Notes: generated by a model from the letters alone, not told the origin. Numbered from the whole stretch's first letter, positions 23,681 to 36,589 are shown. The stretch is 62,995 nucleotides of DNA, filler included, from Stramenopiles sp. TOSAG23-2 (GCA_900128395.1; 39 parts of 39 records of this genome joined end to end with filler, not necessarily neighbours in it); one strand, 5' to 3'. Made by a program: numbers and translations.

Positions 23681-24893
23681 ATAAATTTCATCCAGGTTTC
23701 TTAATACTTTTGGTCTCATTACGATCCAACCATCATCAAGTGTATCATGTTTAATATGTCTTGCCGTCAATTTCGTACGTCTCAATGAGCTTGTAAATAA
23801 CCTCGCATGCATTGGATCACCATCTATGCCATCAATTTTATCAACCAATATGTGTTCATCAACATATTTTGACAATGCCAAAGCATATTCCTCACCTGCT
23901 GGAGAAAGACCAGAATCACCTCCAACTTTTTGCAATTTATTATATTCACTTTGTCCATGCCTTGATAAATAAATTGGCCTTGGATGAAAATGTAAATTAA
24001 TTAAAAATTGTACCACACGTCCAGCCAAAAACCCTTTAATATTATTCATGGTAACTTGCCTTCCCGCATCAACAAGGCGCACCCAGGATAATTCTTCATC
24101 AGAGATTGGTTGATAGATGGATTCATAATTTTCAATTCTTTTTTTGAAGTCTTCAACTGCTTTTTCTGGATTTTCACCTTTATAATCAGGCATATTCAAT
24201 TTCACCGCACGAATATTTTCATTTATAATATCTTCATTATTACAAATACTTTCCACAAATATGATATGTGATTTTGATTCCATAATACCTGCCAATTCTT
24301 GTATAATCCATTCTCTCCGTTCCTTCGTCGTATTTGTTGCATCAAATATCCCGACACGGCCTTTATCATTTTTTTCTTGTAACCATTGTTTAAGATCACG
24401 CATAGCATATTCTGCTGCTTTTTGCCTCTCTGCTAATGATTTAGCATTTTTATTACTAAAAAATGAAGAGCCTACTTTTGCCCCACTAATTTCACGACGA
24501 TAATTACCAACATTAAAAACCTTTGTTGGTGCACCATGGAAAAACTGCAAATATCTTGCAACTCTTCTAGCAATATATGTTTTACCACGGGCTGGCAAAC
24601 CAACCATCACCAAGACCAATTTGTCGCCAGCAGTGCCAACTTCTGCATCTTGAGGTGCACTTCGCACTTGTGGCTTTGGGTTGAAATCTTTACGTGACGA
24701 CCATTTATCTTGGAATGGATTTAAGTATTTCTCCATATGTGGCGAGGATGATATATTTTTTGCATCACGTTTCTGTCTTTTGCTCGGCGAGACAGATGAT
24801 AAAGAAGCAGAATTTGAACCTCCATTTGTTGTTGTCGTATTAACTGACAAAAGGTTTGGATCAAAGTCAACATCTGTATTATTTGGCATAGGT
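23681..24893 (-). CDS. PFKFB: 6-phosphofructo-2-kinase/fructose-2,6-bisphosphatase, truncated
   Basis: VMVGLPARGKT P-loop, FNVGNYRR, FDATNTT and IYLSRHGQS phosphatase motif. Confidence 0.95.
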
Positions 24894-24993
24894 NNNNNNN
24901 NNNNNNNNNNNNNNNNNNNNNNNNNNNNNNNNNNNNNTTAATTAATTAANNNNNNNNNNNNNNNNNNNNNNNNNNNNNNNNNNNNNNNNNNNN

Positions 24994-26206
24994 CACCAGG
25001 ATTATTCTGCAAATTACTGTTACAAGTAATTACAACTTTACTTCCGGCGATGGAGGCACCACCTAAAACTATTGTTAATACCTTATAATCATCGGCGCCA
25101 GCAGTCTCGGAAGCAGTTTGCGTATTGTACCCAAACTGGTGTCCTACACCAGCCGTTCCACTTAGTGAAAGTGTTGCACCGTTGGTCGTAGCTTTGCAAT
25201 CAATCGATGTTGTGTCAAACAAACCTTTATTTGAGTCTGAGTGGGTAGTAGTTAATATAATTTCGTCTGTTGACTTTAAAGCTTTGCCGTGTCTGAAAGT
25301 CAACGTAATCGTACCCGGTTTGCTACCACCGGTTTTCACACCGGGGACTAATGATACCGCCCAAAGACGATCGTTTTTATCAGTCCAAGCGGTCAATTTT
25401 GGGCTCATATAACCCTCGTCCATATGGCAATAGATATCATATTGTGTGTCACTAGGAAGATTTTTTAAAGATACTACATGATCGAAATTTTTCTCCTTTT
25501 CGTCTACAAATGTACTGGCTAAAGACACTAAATCTATATTTTGATCTTCGTAGAGATTAAATGTCGGGGCATGTGGCACTGCTTCGGGAGCTGTGAAGGC
25601 TCCACACGTCAACGTTCCTACGCTCCCCGAAGTTGAAACTGCAACGTCCACGTATGATGCCGTATAGTGTAAGGCGTCGCAGCGAATTTTAGTTATCAGC
25701 CCATTAAGACACGCGCCATTATCTCCGCCAATCCATTCTAATCCAGTTGTAACAACAAAAGACTGGCCGGCACTACTGCATTTTTTTTACGACATTTCGA
25801 GTCATTGTTGCACCTATCGCACCAGTCAACTCACCACCAACCTGTAATGGTCCATCTGGTAGTCCACCAATTGTACATGCTGAACGAATATAGTAAATTC
25901 GTGGCGAACCAAAAGCCCAACCAGCACTAGCAGTATCTGTCCCTGCAACTACTTGGAATGTAACTTCTGTATAAGTGCTTGGATTAACATTTATATTGCC
26001 AGTACATGTAATAACGATGGAATGGGCGGTGTAACCCGCACCATTTCCCCCAGGTGGTGTACAAGTTAAGATTGTCCCTGTTGATCCTGAGGATCCTGAG
26101 ACAATGCAAGTAGGTTCTCCCCCGGTTGGGGTAGCGCCATTGGCCGTGCTTAAACAATGACCAGCTGTTTCGCCATACATATTGATATTAGCCGCCCAAA
26201 TTTGGC
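24994..26206 (-). CDS. Fragment of a large Thr/Gly-rich extracellular beta-sandwich protein with a frameshift in an A8 run (25781-25788)
   Basis: Removing one A joins ...RNVVKK to CSSAGQSFVVTTGLEW...YVDVAVS and merges the two listed ORFs. Confidence 0.6.
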
Positions 26207-26728
26207 NNNNNNNNNNNNNNNNNNNNNNNNNNNNNNNNNNNNNNNNNNNNTTAATTAATTAANNNNNNNNNNNNNNNNNNNNNNNNNNNNNNNNNNNNNN
26301 NNNNNNACAAATAAGAATACTAAATTTTCATAGGTGCCAAGTCCACATCTAGTAGCTGCTCATCTTCACGGCAGTACTATTGTTCTGAAGATCACGTAGT
26401 GTGTGGCAATTTTAAGTATATTTGGCCTATTTCTTTCTATTGCTGGTTGCTATAAAAACCAATGATATTTAGTACCTAGACTGCAATTTGTTTTGCTATG
26501 AAATTTAGTAGTGTAAAAATAGATTGTTTGTAGCAGCTAATATATGGAGACTAGATCTGCTGCGATATTATTATTATACAATTATCATCTAATAATAATA
26601 ATAATAAAGAAACACTAACGACGTATAGAGAATAATCAACAACGAAAAATAGATACAACGAACGACCCAAAAAAGAAGAAGGTACAATTTAGATTAAAAA
26701 GAAGAAAAAAAAAACAAGAAGGTAGATT

Positions 26729-27468
26729 ATGTGTTGGAATATTACTATATCACTCGTATCTGCATCTATTGCTTGGATGGTATGTATATATCTTTTATAT
26801 AGAAAATATTCACCACGTGATGCATGGTATGCACGGTATTTATTTACATTTACATTGACACAATTAACAGATATTGTATTATGGAGTTTAAACGATTCTT
26901 CGGAACACGATGGCTTAAAAGCATGCATACCATATCAAATGCAATTTGGAAGTGCACCACCATCTGATCAACAAGTGAATTTCTACGTTTCTAAATATAT
27001 TATACCTTTAATAGTTTTTTCACAACATGCTATGCAATGCACTTTTCCATCTAAATATTATAAAAATAAACGAAAAGAAATTATATTGCTTCATTTAATA
27101 CCAGTTGCTATTATGTCATTTTGTTTTGCTTGTACACGAATTACGAAAAGTTATNNNNNNNNNNNNNNNNNNNNNNNNNNNNNNNNNNNNNNNNNNNNNN
27201 NNNNNNTTGGCTTATACAATTTGGTGCATGCATGCATTCCGGTTTAGTTGCATTTGTTATGTATCTTTTGTTACCAAAAAAAGTAAGCAATGTACATAAT
27301 TTTGTATTATTATGTGTTGTATTGACTTTATTAATTACAGAAGGTAGAATGGATTTAGGCAGTAAATGGTGTTCATATTGTTTAATTTATTCATTTGTTT
27401 ATTTAAATGATTGCTTTTTAACAGCAAAAGATTTAAAAAATATTGAAAATGAAATGAAAGAGTTATAA
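26729..27468 (+). CDS. Multi-pass membrane protein, DUF5765-like, with an internal sequence gap
   Basis: MCWNITISLVS start, several transmembrane helices, Q..D in an early helix and a C-terminal GSKWC. Confidence 0.6.
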
Positions 27469-27940
27469 TAAAATTTATTTTTGAAAGCGTGGACATATTG
27501 TTGGGGTGATGTTTGGAAANNNNNNNNNNNNNNNNNNNNNNNNNNNNNNNNNNNNNNNNNNNNTTAATTAATTAANNNNNNNNNNNNNNNNNNNNNNNNN
27601 NNNNNNNNNNNNNNNNNNNTAATTCTTACTCTTCAAAAGAATACAATAACTGTGAGGCAATAATATCTAGAATTATTTCTGGGATAATTTTTACCATATC
27701 CATCATTGTTAACAGTAATGTTGCTGTTGGCTGCATCTTTTGGATTTAATTAGGTTATCTTGAACGTGCGTTAACTGGTAACAAGTACTATAAGATAACA
27801 AAGCAAGATCGGGTACAAGCATTACTATAGTTTAAAGAGTAGATTGAAAGAGTCCATGTTAAAACAATTGAAAATTGCTACAAATAATAATACAAATATA
27901 AAAAACCAATCAATGATGTTGACACGAACATGTTCCAATC

Positions 27941-28282
27941 TTGAATAAAGCATCGATTAGTCCATTAAAAAGGAAAGAAAATGTGATTGATATGAATATT
28001 GTTATACATTGCCCATCGTTTACTACTACTAATAATAATACGGAAGAAGAAGAAGAAGTTGAAAATGTCACATTGATATTTGCTGGAAGATATTTTTATG
28101 TTGCATTACCACCATCTCAAAATACATTTCTATTAAGTGATGATGATGATGATGATGAGAATTCTTCGAAAGAGGAAGATCCTCCAATATGGCAATGGCG
28201 AAGCAATCCTATCTTATTGGATCAAATTGCATTTGGTTTCCCAAAAGGTTCATCTATATTAGGTTCAAAGAATAATTATTAA
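27941..28282 (+). CDS. Hypothetical protein fragment (last exon or remnant)
   Basis: Coding-like composition with acidic runs; no ATG at the 5' end of the open frame, which is closed by an upstream stop. Confidence 0.35.
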   Translation: MNKASISPLKRKENVIDMNIVIHCPSFTTTNNNTEEEEEVENVTLIFAGRYFYVALPPSQNTFLLSDDDDDDENSSKEEDPPIWQWRSNPILLDQIAFGFPKGSSILGSKNNY

Positions 28283-28404
28283 TTATGTAAATTGAATTCT
28301 CAATATATATGTTTATTTGATATGACATATGGTCATGGGATCTTATTAAATCTCAATAGCATAGACACAGGGAGTGTTGGATCGTAGGCAATGCTGTATC
28401 CATG

Positions 28405-28464
28405 GTAAATATATTCTAGCATAGGACTACGCCTAAAACCAATAGCATAGACACAATGGGTGTT
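28405..28464. repeat. Dispersed ~60-bp repeat; second copy inverted at 57026-57086
   Basis: TTCTAGCATAGGACTACGCCTAAAACCAATAGCATAGACACA is shared between two different contigs. Confidence 0.85.
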
Positions 28465-28931
28465 ACATTATGGAAATGGTTACGAAACTCACACTTAGGA
28501 TGAAAATAGTACAACAATTATTAGTGTAAATCCAACTTTTACAGTATTACAGGTACTATCAACAACACATTATTAAATGTGAAGATCGGTTAAAAAAATA
28601 CGAGTAAAAATGCTCATATCCATATTCATTGTATATATTCATTGCATCTATGTATATGTGTCCGTGTGGAAATTGAAGAAATGTATATACGTATGTAAAG
28701 AGATAGTAGAATTTATCAATTTGAACACGGTTATATTTAATACATGAAATAAAATATTAAACAAACATTTTATGATTCATAAAAAAATCGATATATCATT
28801 AAGTTTTTATATGACACAAATGTATGGGAAGNNNNNNNNNNNNNNNNNNNNNNNNNNNNNNNNNNNNNNNNNNNNTTAATTAATTAANNNNNNNNNNNNN
28901 NNNNNNNNNNNNNNNNNNNNNNNNNNNNNNN

Positions 28932-28964
28932 TGACTGGAGTTCAGACGTGTGCTCTTCCGATCT
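28932..28964 (+). other. Illumina TruSeq adapter contamination
   Basis: TGACTGGAGTTCAGACGTGTGCTCTTCCGATCT, which produces the spurious peptide RSEEHTSELQS. Confidence 0.98.
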
Positions 28965-30143
28965 AGTCGCTGGTATCGTTGCATCATTTGCAATCGCTCC
29001 ACCATCTTCTCCACCATCTTTTTTCTTTCTCAAAATTCTCTTTTTCTTCCCCGTCTTTTTCGCCGGTACTTCTTCTTTCTTCTTAACGGCAGCAGTCTCT
29101 TTTTTTGTCTGTTTCGTTCTGTTCCTCCTTTGACCCATGGATTCACTCGACGAGGAAAGAGAAGAAGAAGACGATGAATCCGAGGAATGTTTCGAAAGCG
29201 ACGAAGAATCTGAGTCCGAATCATCCGAGCTATTGCTCAAAGCTGCTTCGCCTCGTTGTTTTTGACGGATTTTCTCTAACGCTGCCTCTTTCCTCGCCTT
29301 AATAGATGCTACCGTTTCTTGAACGCGTCGTCTTTTCTCTTCTTTCAGTTTTTCAGCTCGAGCTTTCTTCGCCGAAGCGGTTCCCTCCTTGTCTTTCTTA
29401 GCTTGCTCGGCTTGTTCTATATCTAACGGCGCACCGACGTCGTCGTCCTCGTCCTCCTCTTCCTCCCCGTCTGAAGGAGGAAGTACAAACGCTTCCTTCT
29501 TTGGCGCGATAGCATCATCGAACAAATTTTCCGCCTTCTTATTGTTATTCTTTTTCTTCGGTTTCGTGAGTCCTTCTGCATCGCGCATGGCGTCCATGTC
29601 ATCTTCATCCTCGTCCTCGTCGTCTGGAAATTCAACGTCGTTGTAATCCTCTTCCTCCTCTTCTCCATCAGAGTCATCTGGAAATTCCACATCGTCACCA
29701 ACAATATCATCATCGTCCGATGCACCGCTCTTCCCCTTTCCGTTCTTACTCTTCTTCGCGTTCTTCGTGTTTTTCTTCTTATCTCCTTCATCGTCCTCGC
29801 CTACACCCATCTCCATAAAACTATGCATCGCTCGTCTCACTTGCGCGTTGTTTTTCAACTTCCTGACTCGCTCTAACACCACATCCGGATCCTCGTACGG
29901 ATACATCTCGTGTGCCCAGTTTCTATACATGCCTAAAATCAAAGACATATCGTGCGTCTCGTTCCCCTTCCCTTTTCTTTCTCGATCGAAAGTGTCCGCG
30001 AAGGTTTCGTACACTTTTTGAATTCCATTTGGGCCTAAAACGTGTTCCTCGATGGAAAACTTTGGTTTCCTTTTGGACACTTTTTCTGCCGACGTTCCGA
30101 CCGCATCCGCGTCGACACCATCGCCATTTCCAGTCTCCATTTC
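28965..30143 (-). CDS. TIPIN: TIPIN/Csm3/Swi3 replication-fork protection protein with a long acidic/charged tail, truncated
   Basis: RKPKF...VLGPNGIQKV...KGKGNETHDMSLILGMYRNWAHEMYP matches the Swi3 domain. Confidence 0.82.
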
Positions 30144-30829
30144 NNNNNNNNNNNNNNNNNNNNNNNNNNNNNNNNNNNNNNNNNNNNTTAATTAATTAAN
30201 NNNNNNNNNNNNNNNNNNNNNNNNNNNNNNNNNNNNNNNNNNNACCAGGCTTATACACAAACCAAGGTAGGATATTGTACTTTGGTGATATATAAAAGAA
30301 AGTACGTTCGTATATTAATATGTATGATATGATATATTGATGGTAAAAATTTGTATTACGATTTTCGTATGTACAATTAAATATATGAATATATAAACGA
30401 TATATGATATATGGAGATATATATTTGTATTCTTTCTGGAGAGTATGATAGGAATTATCATGAGTAAATTTAAAAAATACGAAGGTATCATAAGTTATGC
30501 ATTTTAATATTTATTATTTACTATGTACATCATATTGAGATATATTTTAATATAATTATATATATAAAATACGAATACAAAAGTACGCGTATTTTAATTT
30601 TTTATTCCTTTACCCAATGATAATTCCTACTCTCAAAAGAATACAGTGACTGAGCCAATATTTATAAATTTTAACCATCTCTTTAAATTTTATATTTAAA
30701 TAAGAGGCATTTTCCTGTAACAGAAATTACCGATGAGGTAAATATCACAGATGTTATCAACCTTCTGTTGATGAAAAATATGTACAATCAATATCATTTT
30801 ACAGCTCTTTATTTTCGTTATCCCCAGCG

Positions 30830-31453
30830 TCAATCATCAATTTTATCATCGTCTTCATAATCATTTTCCTCTTCATCTTCATCATCTTCCATAGTTTTTA
30901 GGAAATCCTTTGGTACAATGCCAATTTTATTTTTCATGGATGCCGCACCAGCATCGACTAAAAATTTGATAATTTCCTCATGCTTCTCTTCATATGCAAA
31001 ATGTAATGCGGTGTTCCATCTGCCATTGCGTAGATCTAAATCTGCTCCTGATTTAACTAATATCTCAACTATCTTTAAATGCCCCCACCATGCTGCGTGC
31101 ATTAAAGGTGTTGTATCGCGATGATCCTTCTCGTTAATATCTGCTTCTTCTTCAAGTAGTCTTTCGACTTCTTCAGAGTTACCAATCTGGCACATTCTAG
31201 AAATAAGAGGAATTTGCATACGTTCTTTCATTTTTCTAGATATAGATTTTAGCTTAAAACCAGCACTTAAAACACCAAATGAACTTCCTCGTTTCTTTCG
31301 AAAATTGTCACCTTTTTCATCTGAATCAGTTTCTACCACTTCCTCCTTTTCCTCTTCTAATACTACTGGTGGGCGCCATTCAGTAGGTGGTGCAATACCA
31401 TGCTTTGAACAAATATGAGAAAATATCTCCGGGTTTAAAGTCTCAGATTCTGA
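30830..31453 (-). CDS. Ankyrin-repeat protein, C-terminal part, 5' truncated
   Basis: TPLMHAAWWGHLKIVEILVKSGAD and TALHFAYEEKHEEIIKFLVDAGA; frame open to the contig edge. Confidence 0.9.
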   Translation of the reverse strand, partial: SESETLNPEIFSHICSKHGIAPPTEWRPPVVLEEEKEEVVETDSDEKGDNFRKKRGSSFGVLSAGFKLKSISRKMKERMQIPLISRMCQIGNSEEVERLLEEEADINEKDHRDTTPLMHAAWWGHLKIVEILVKSGADLDLRNGRWNTALHFAYEEKHEEIIKFLVDAGAASMKNKIGIVPKDFLKTMEDDEDEEENDYEDDDKIDD

Positions 31454-32867
31454 GCNNNNNNNNNNNNNNNNNNNNNNNNNNNNNNNNNNNNNNNNNNNNT
31501 TAATTAATTAANNNNNNNNNNNNNNNNNNNNNNNNNNNNNNNNNNNNNNNNNNNNTTGTGTTCTTATTATATATCTACAAATGAGTTTCTTATAATGTAG
31601 TAAATAATACTGCTTGCAAATTTAGATAATAACTAATATATTAAATATAATATAAGAGTCTAATATTAATAATAGTAGTGCAATACCAGGAGGAGGAATA
31701 ATAGCAGTTGCAATAATATTATTGTTGAATAATAATATAATAATAATGATAATTTCGAAATAATAAAATATTATAGTACTGTAATATAATACCCACAACT
31801 TGTCTGTTGTTGTTGTTTTTTATTATACCCAATAATATCTCTGCTGGTCTGCTATTATAGAATATAACGACGAAAATTTTAGATACTTATTCAATACTAT
31901 CTGGTATATCTGGCTTGGCTATTCACACCATATGATATTTTTATTTGTTGGGTGCTATTGTTATATGGTCATACTTTAAAGTGACCAACAGATATTTGCA
32001 TAGGGGTAGTATATATTGATGACATGTAATTTTTCTTTATAGGATTAGTGTACGAGGTATCGTATACTGTAGTGTAAAAAAATGGTTCAAGCTTCACAAT
32101 GCAAAATGTTTTTATGATAAAGTACAACCTTCTCTCTCCCCCCATGCTCGGCATGCGAAAGAAATTTAATAGAATGCTATAGAATACTTTCAATCAAAAT
32201 ACTGGACGAAAAGAAAACAATACGAGGATACATACGCCTCGTAACTTTAATGGTAAGTACAACATACTGTAGACTAATATTAATAGTAGCCTTGTACGTT
32301 GGTTGATTGCTGGATTGCCTGGATTGCCAAAAATATACTGTATTGGAAAGAAATTTAAATTGATTTTCCAAAAAAAGAAAAAAGAAAAGAAACTGCAGGA
32401 TAAGACTATGTGAGTTTGTACTTATAAGAATATATACAATCCTATATAATTAACATCTATTAGGAAAGGAAACCGATAAAATCCATTAGCCAGTAAGAGG
32501 AAAGCCTGGAAAGAGGAAGAAGAAAAAGAAGACGTTATTCGTTATTATTGAGCAAAAGATAATGATTAGATTAAAATTATATACGTATAAGATTAAAGGA
32601 TAATCACTTTTACCTTTTTACAAACCACCAGTATTTGTAGGAGATTTAAAATTGAAATACGCGCATAATATTACATGTGTACAAGTTCCTGTTGTAGTGC
32701 AGTTGCTCAGTACAATTTTAAAAAATATAAAATAAAAAAAAATGAAAAAGTATTTTTACGTTCGTTANNNNNNNNNNNNNNNNNNNNNNNNNNNNNNNNN
32801 NNNNNNNNNNNTTAATTAATTAANNNNNNNNNNNNNNNNNNNNNNNNNNNNNNNNNNNNNNNNNNNN

Positions 32868-34079
32868 TACCATCATGTCCATCACGACCATCTTTACCAT
32901 CTTTACCGTTACTTCCATCATGACCATTAGCACCATCTTTACCATCATGCCCATCACGACCATTTGTACCTGGTACACCAGCTACACCTTGTTTACCTTC
33001 AGGTGCTTTGAATTCCACCCAATGACTTTTGTCCAACTCTTCTGATGGAGATTTTAAGGCTGTAAATGCTTTTGCAGCAATATACATTGAATCATGTTTT
33101 GGATCTTTACTTGATGGCGCAAATACATAATCACCTTTATTGTATGTTTGATCTTTAACAAAAGTCTTCAATGTCAATCCAGTACCATCATGTCCATTAC
33201 GACCATCTTTGCCGTTTGCACCATTTGTACCATCATGTCCATTATTACCATCTTTACCGTCAACTCCATCATGTCCATTATTTCCAGGTATACCTTGTTT
33301 ACCTTCAGGTGCTTTGAATTCCACCCAATGATTTTGATCAAGCTCCAACGATGGAACTTTCGTAGCGGTAAACTCTTTTGCAGCAATGTACATTGAATCA
33401 TGATTTGGATCTTTACTCGATGCAGCAAATACATAATCACCTTTATTATATGTTTGATGATTAACAAATGGTTTTAATGTCAATCCAGTACCATCATGTC
33501 CATCACGACCGTCAATACCGTTAACACCATCTTTACCATTTGTTCCATCTTTACCATTAGTACCTGCTATTCCAGGTATACCTTGTTTACCTTCAGGTGC
33601 TTTGAATTCCACCCAATGATTTTGATCAAGCTCCAACGATGGAACTTTCGTAGCGGTAAACTCTTTTGCAGCAATGTACATTGAATCATGATTTGGATCT
33701 TTACTCGATGCAGCAAATACATAATCACCTTTATTATATGTTTGATGATTAACAAATGGTTTTAATGTCAATCCAGTACCATCATGTCCATCACGACCGT
33801 CAATGCCGTTAACACCGTCTCTACCGTTTTTACCGTGATGCCCATTCGCGCCTGGCATACCTTGTTTACCTTGTTTACCTTCAGGTGCTTTGAATTCCAC
33901 CCAATGATTTTTCTCCAACTCTTCTGATGGAGATTTTAAGGCTGTAAATGCTTTTGCAGCAATATACATTGAATCATGTTTTGGATCTTTACTTGATGGT
34001 GCAAATACATAATCACCTTTATTGTATGTTTGATCTTTAACAAAAGTCTTCAATGTCAATCCAGTACCATCATGTCAAT
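32868..34079 (-). CDS. Collagen-like protein: Gly-X-Y segments alternating with four copies of a ~60-aa globular module; internal fragment
   Basis: (GxDGxx)n segments separate repeats of GLTLKxFVxxQTYNKGDYVFA...MYIAAKxFTA...P...HWVEFKAP. Confidence 0.85.
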
Positions 34080-34711
34080 NNNNNNNNNNNNNNNNNNNNN
34101 NNNNNNNNNNNNNNNNNNNNNNNTTAATTAATTAANNNNNNNNNNNNNNNNNNNNNNNNNNNNNNNNNNNNNNNNNNNNGTTAATAATAATAAATATATA
34201 TATATAATACTATAACGATAGCATTGAAACACAGAAAAAACAATACATTTTAAACATGTATTTAACATGAGAATAGCATTAAATTTAAGAACATTTTTAA
34301 ATTTTTTTTATAAAAATTCCAGTTGGACATTTACCATTTTCAAAAATAGTACAAATACTTCCTATATAATTGTAGTCTAAAGGTGTCCGATTTACCATGT
34401 TTGATGTGATTTTGCTGCCAACTTCTTTCCGTGTACCACAACAACAAGGGCACAAGGGTCAAAAAATGTAAATAAAATGATGTAATATAATCAAATAGAT
34501 TGTAATAAGAATAGATGTTATAAATAGTAGACGATTAGATGTAGAATCAATGCATGCGTATATGTGTAGTAGAATCAATGCATGCGTATATGTGTATATT
34601 ATTAATACACGAAGATTACAACAATTAATCACGATTAATACCAAATCCTACCTCAAAAAGACATATTGATTAATCAATTCTACGTTAAAAAAATATTATA
34701 TAATAATCATA

Positions 34712-35391
34712 ATGGAAAAAAGGATGAGAGTATTAATATTATGTAGTTTATTTTTATTTACGTCTGCAACAATAAATATTAAAAATACTACACAATTTGA
34801 TGTTGCATTTGGGGAAGATCCGTTTCTTGTAGTATTAAATTATCGATCAAATATCATTATCGATTGGAATGGACCTGGGACAACATTGAAAACAGCAGCT
34901 GAATCATCTGCTGTTGCTGCATTATATAAATATAAGGAAGCTATTGGTCATGCTGCAGTTTTTTTTCGTAAAGAAAAAAATGGTGACATTTTAGGCATTG
35001 GACAGACAGGTGAAGACCATAATCAAGGTTTACATCTTTTGGAACATGGATTAGGTTTTACATCTATTACGAATATTGTTTATACAGATGGATCATTGAA
35101 TAATTTCACATTTTTGGATACAAAAGCTTATGTTGCAATGGATTACAAATCACATGGTCATCGAGGAGTAAAATTTGCATGGATTGCATTTAAATTAAAT
35201 GATCAACAAAGTACAAATATTCAAACTTATATTGATAAATACATAGCAAGTGGAGCATATCATAATTATGGATTTCCAGTCGATCCATTGAAATTTGAAG
35301 GTGGTGGTTGTACAAGTTTTGCAAATGCTATTGTTACAAATTCTGGACTTGATTTTGATTTAAAAAAATATTGGAAAAGAATTGTACCAAT
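34712..35391 (+). CDS. Secreted hypothetical protein with IGH...EGGGC motifs (possible permuted papain-like fold), 3' truncated
   Basis: Signal peptide; IDWNGP, AIGHAAV, GQTG and YGFPVDPLKFEGGGCTSFA. Confidence 0.65.
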
Positions 35392-35491
35392 NNNNNNNNN
35401 NNNNNNNNNNNNNNNNNNNNNNNNNNNNNNNNNNNTTAATTAATTAANNNNNNNNNNNNNNNNNNNNNNNNNNNNNNNNNNNNNNNNNNNN

Positions 35492-36589
35492 AAATGTACT
35501 ACGACATGGTGTGGTTTTGCAAAAATAACCATTTGCAACAAAACATGCCGCCCACGTTGCATGTAAACCAACAAAAACAATTTTACCTTCATTTTTTTTT
35601 AATAATTTAACATATGGTAAATAATTATGTTGTGATGGAATATAATTAATAATTAAATCAAATGTGTTTTGTGCATTTCGCATTTCTTCCATATTTGATG
35701 ATGCAATATAATGATCAGCCCCAATAGATTTTGCTAATTCTTTTTTTGAATTGGAACGTGATATAACAGTACATGTACATCCAAGCGCCTTTGCTAATTT
35801 TACACCCATAACACCTAAACCACCTAATCCAATAAAACCGACGTTATTACAACCTGGTTTTGCGCCATATTTTATTAATGGCTCATAAGAGGTTATACCA
35901 GCACACATTACAGGGCCAGCTTTTTCTAATGGATAGGTTTTTGGTATTTTAATTGCAAATTTTTCATGCACTACCATAAAATTGCTATATCCACCAATAG
36001 TCTGTCTACCATTTGGTATTTGTCTTGCACGTCCAGAAATATCAACAGAACCATATGTTTGTATCTGATCTTTACATTTTTGTTCTTGATTATTAATACA
36101 AGGAGCACATGTTAGACAAGAATCAACCAGACAACCAACACCAATTNNNNNNNNNNNNNNNNNNNNNNNNNNNNNNNNATGATCACATGTTAGACAAGAA
36201 TCAACCATACAACCAACACCAATTTGATCACCAATTTGAAATTTAGTTTTATCTACTTTATCCCCAATTTGTTTCACAATTCCTGCAAGCTCATGACCAG
36301 GAATAAATGGATAAATTGGTTTCGATAGCATATTATTATGTCCAGCAGCAGAATGTAAATCACTATGGCATACACCGCAAAAATGCATTTCAATTAATAT
36401 ATCATATTCTGTTACCTTACGACGTTTTAATTTTAATGGTTTAAAATGACAAGTTTCATCATCACACCCCATTCCTATAATATCAATAGTTTCATTATTT
36501 AATAATATATTTTCTTCTGGTAATACTTTTTGCACTTCTTTCTTTGTATTATTATTTGATAATGTTTCCGAGTCATTATTATTACTCAT
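35492..36589 (-). CDS. Zn-dependent NAD(P) alcohol dehydrogenase, cinnamyl-alcohol dehydrogenase type; internal gap, 3' truncated
   Basis: CGVCHSDLH, PGHELAG, GVGC.VDSC..C, PVMCAGIT and GLGGLG. Confidence 0.95.

Noticed and set aside
25773-25790. Programmed frameshift in the extracellular protein gene
   Set aside because: A one-base indel in an A8 run is more simply a sequencing or amplification error, and no stimulatory structure is evident.
28932-28964. C-terminal peptide RSEEHTSELQS on the TIPIN ORF
   Set aside because: It is the translation of the Illumina adapter.
36100-36225. Duplicated IGVGCxVDSCLTC motif in the alcohol dehydrogenase
   Set aside because: The two copies flank an N gap, so this is most likely overlapping ends of alleles or paralogues joined by scaffolding.
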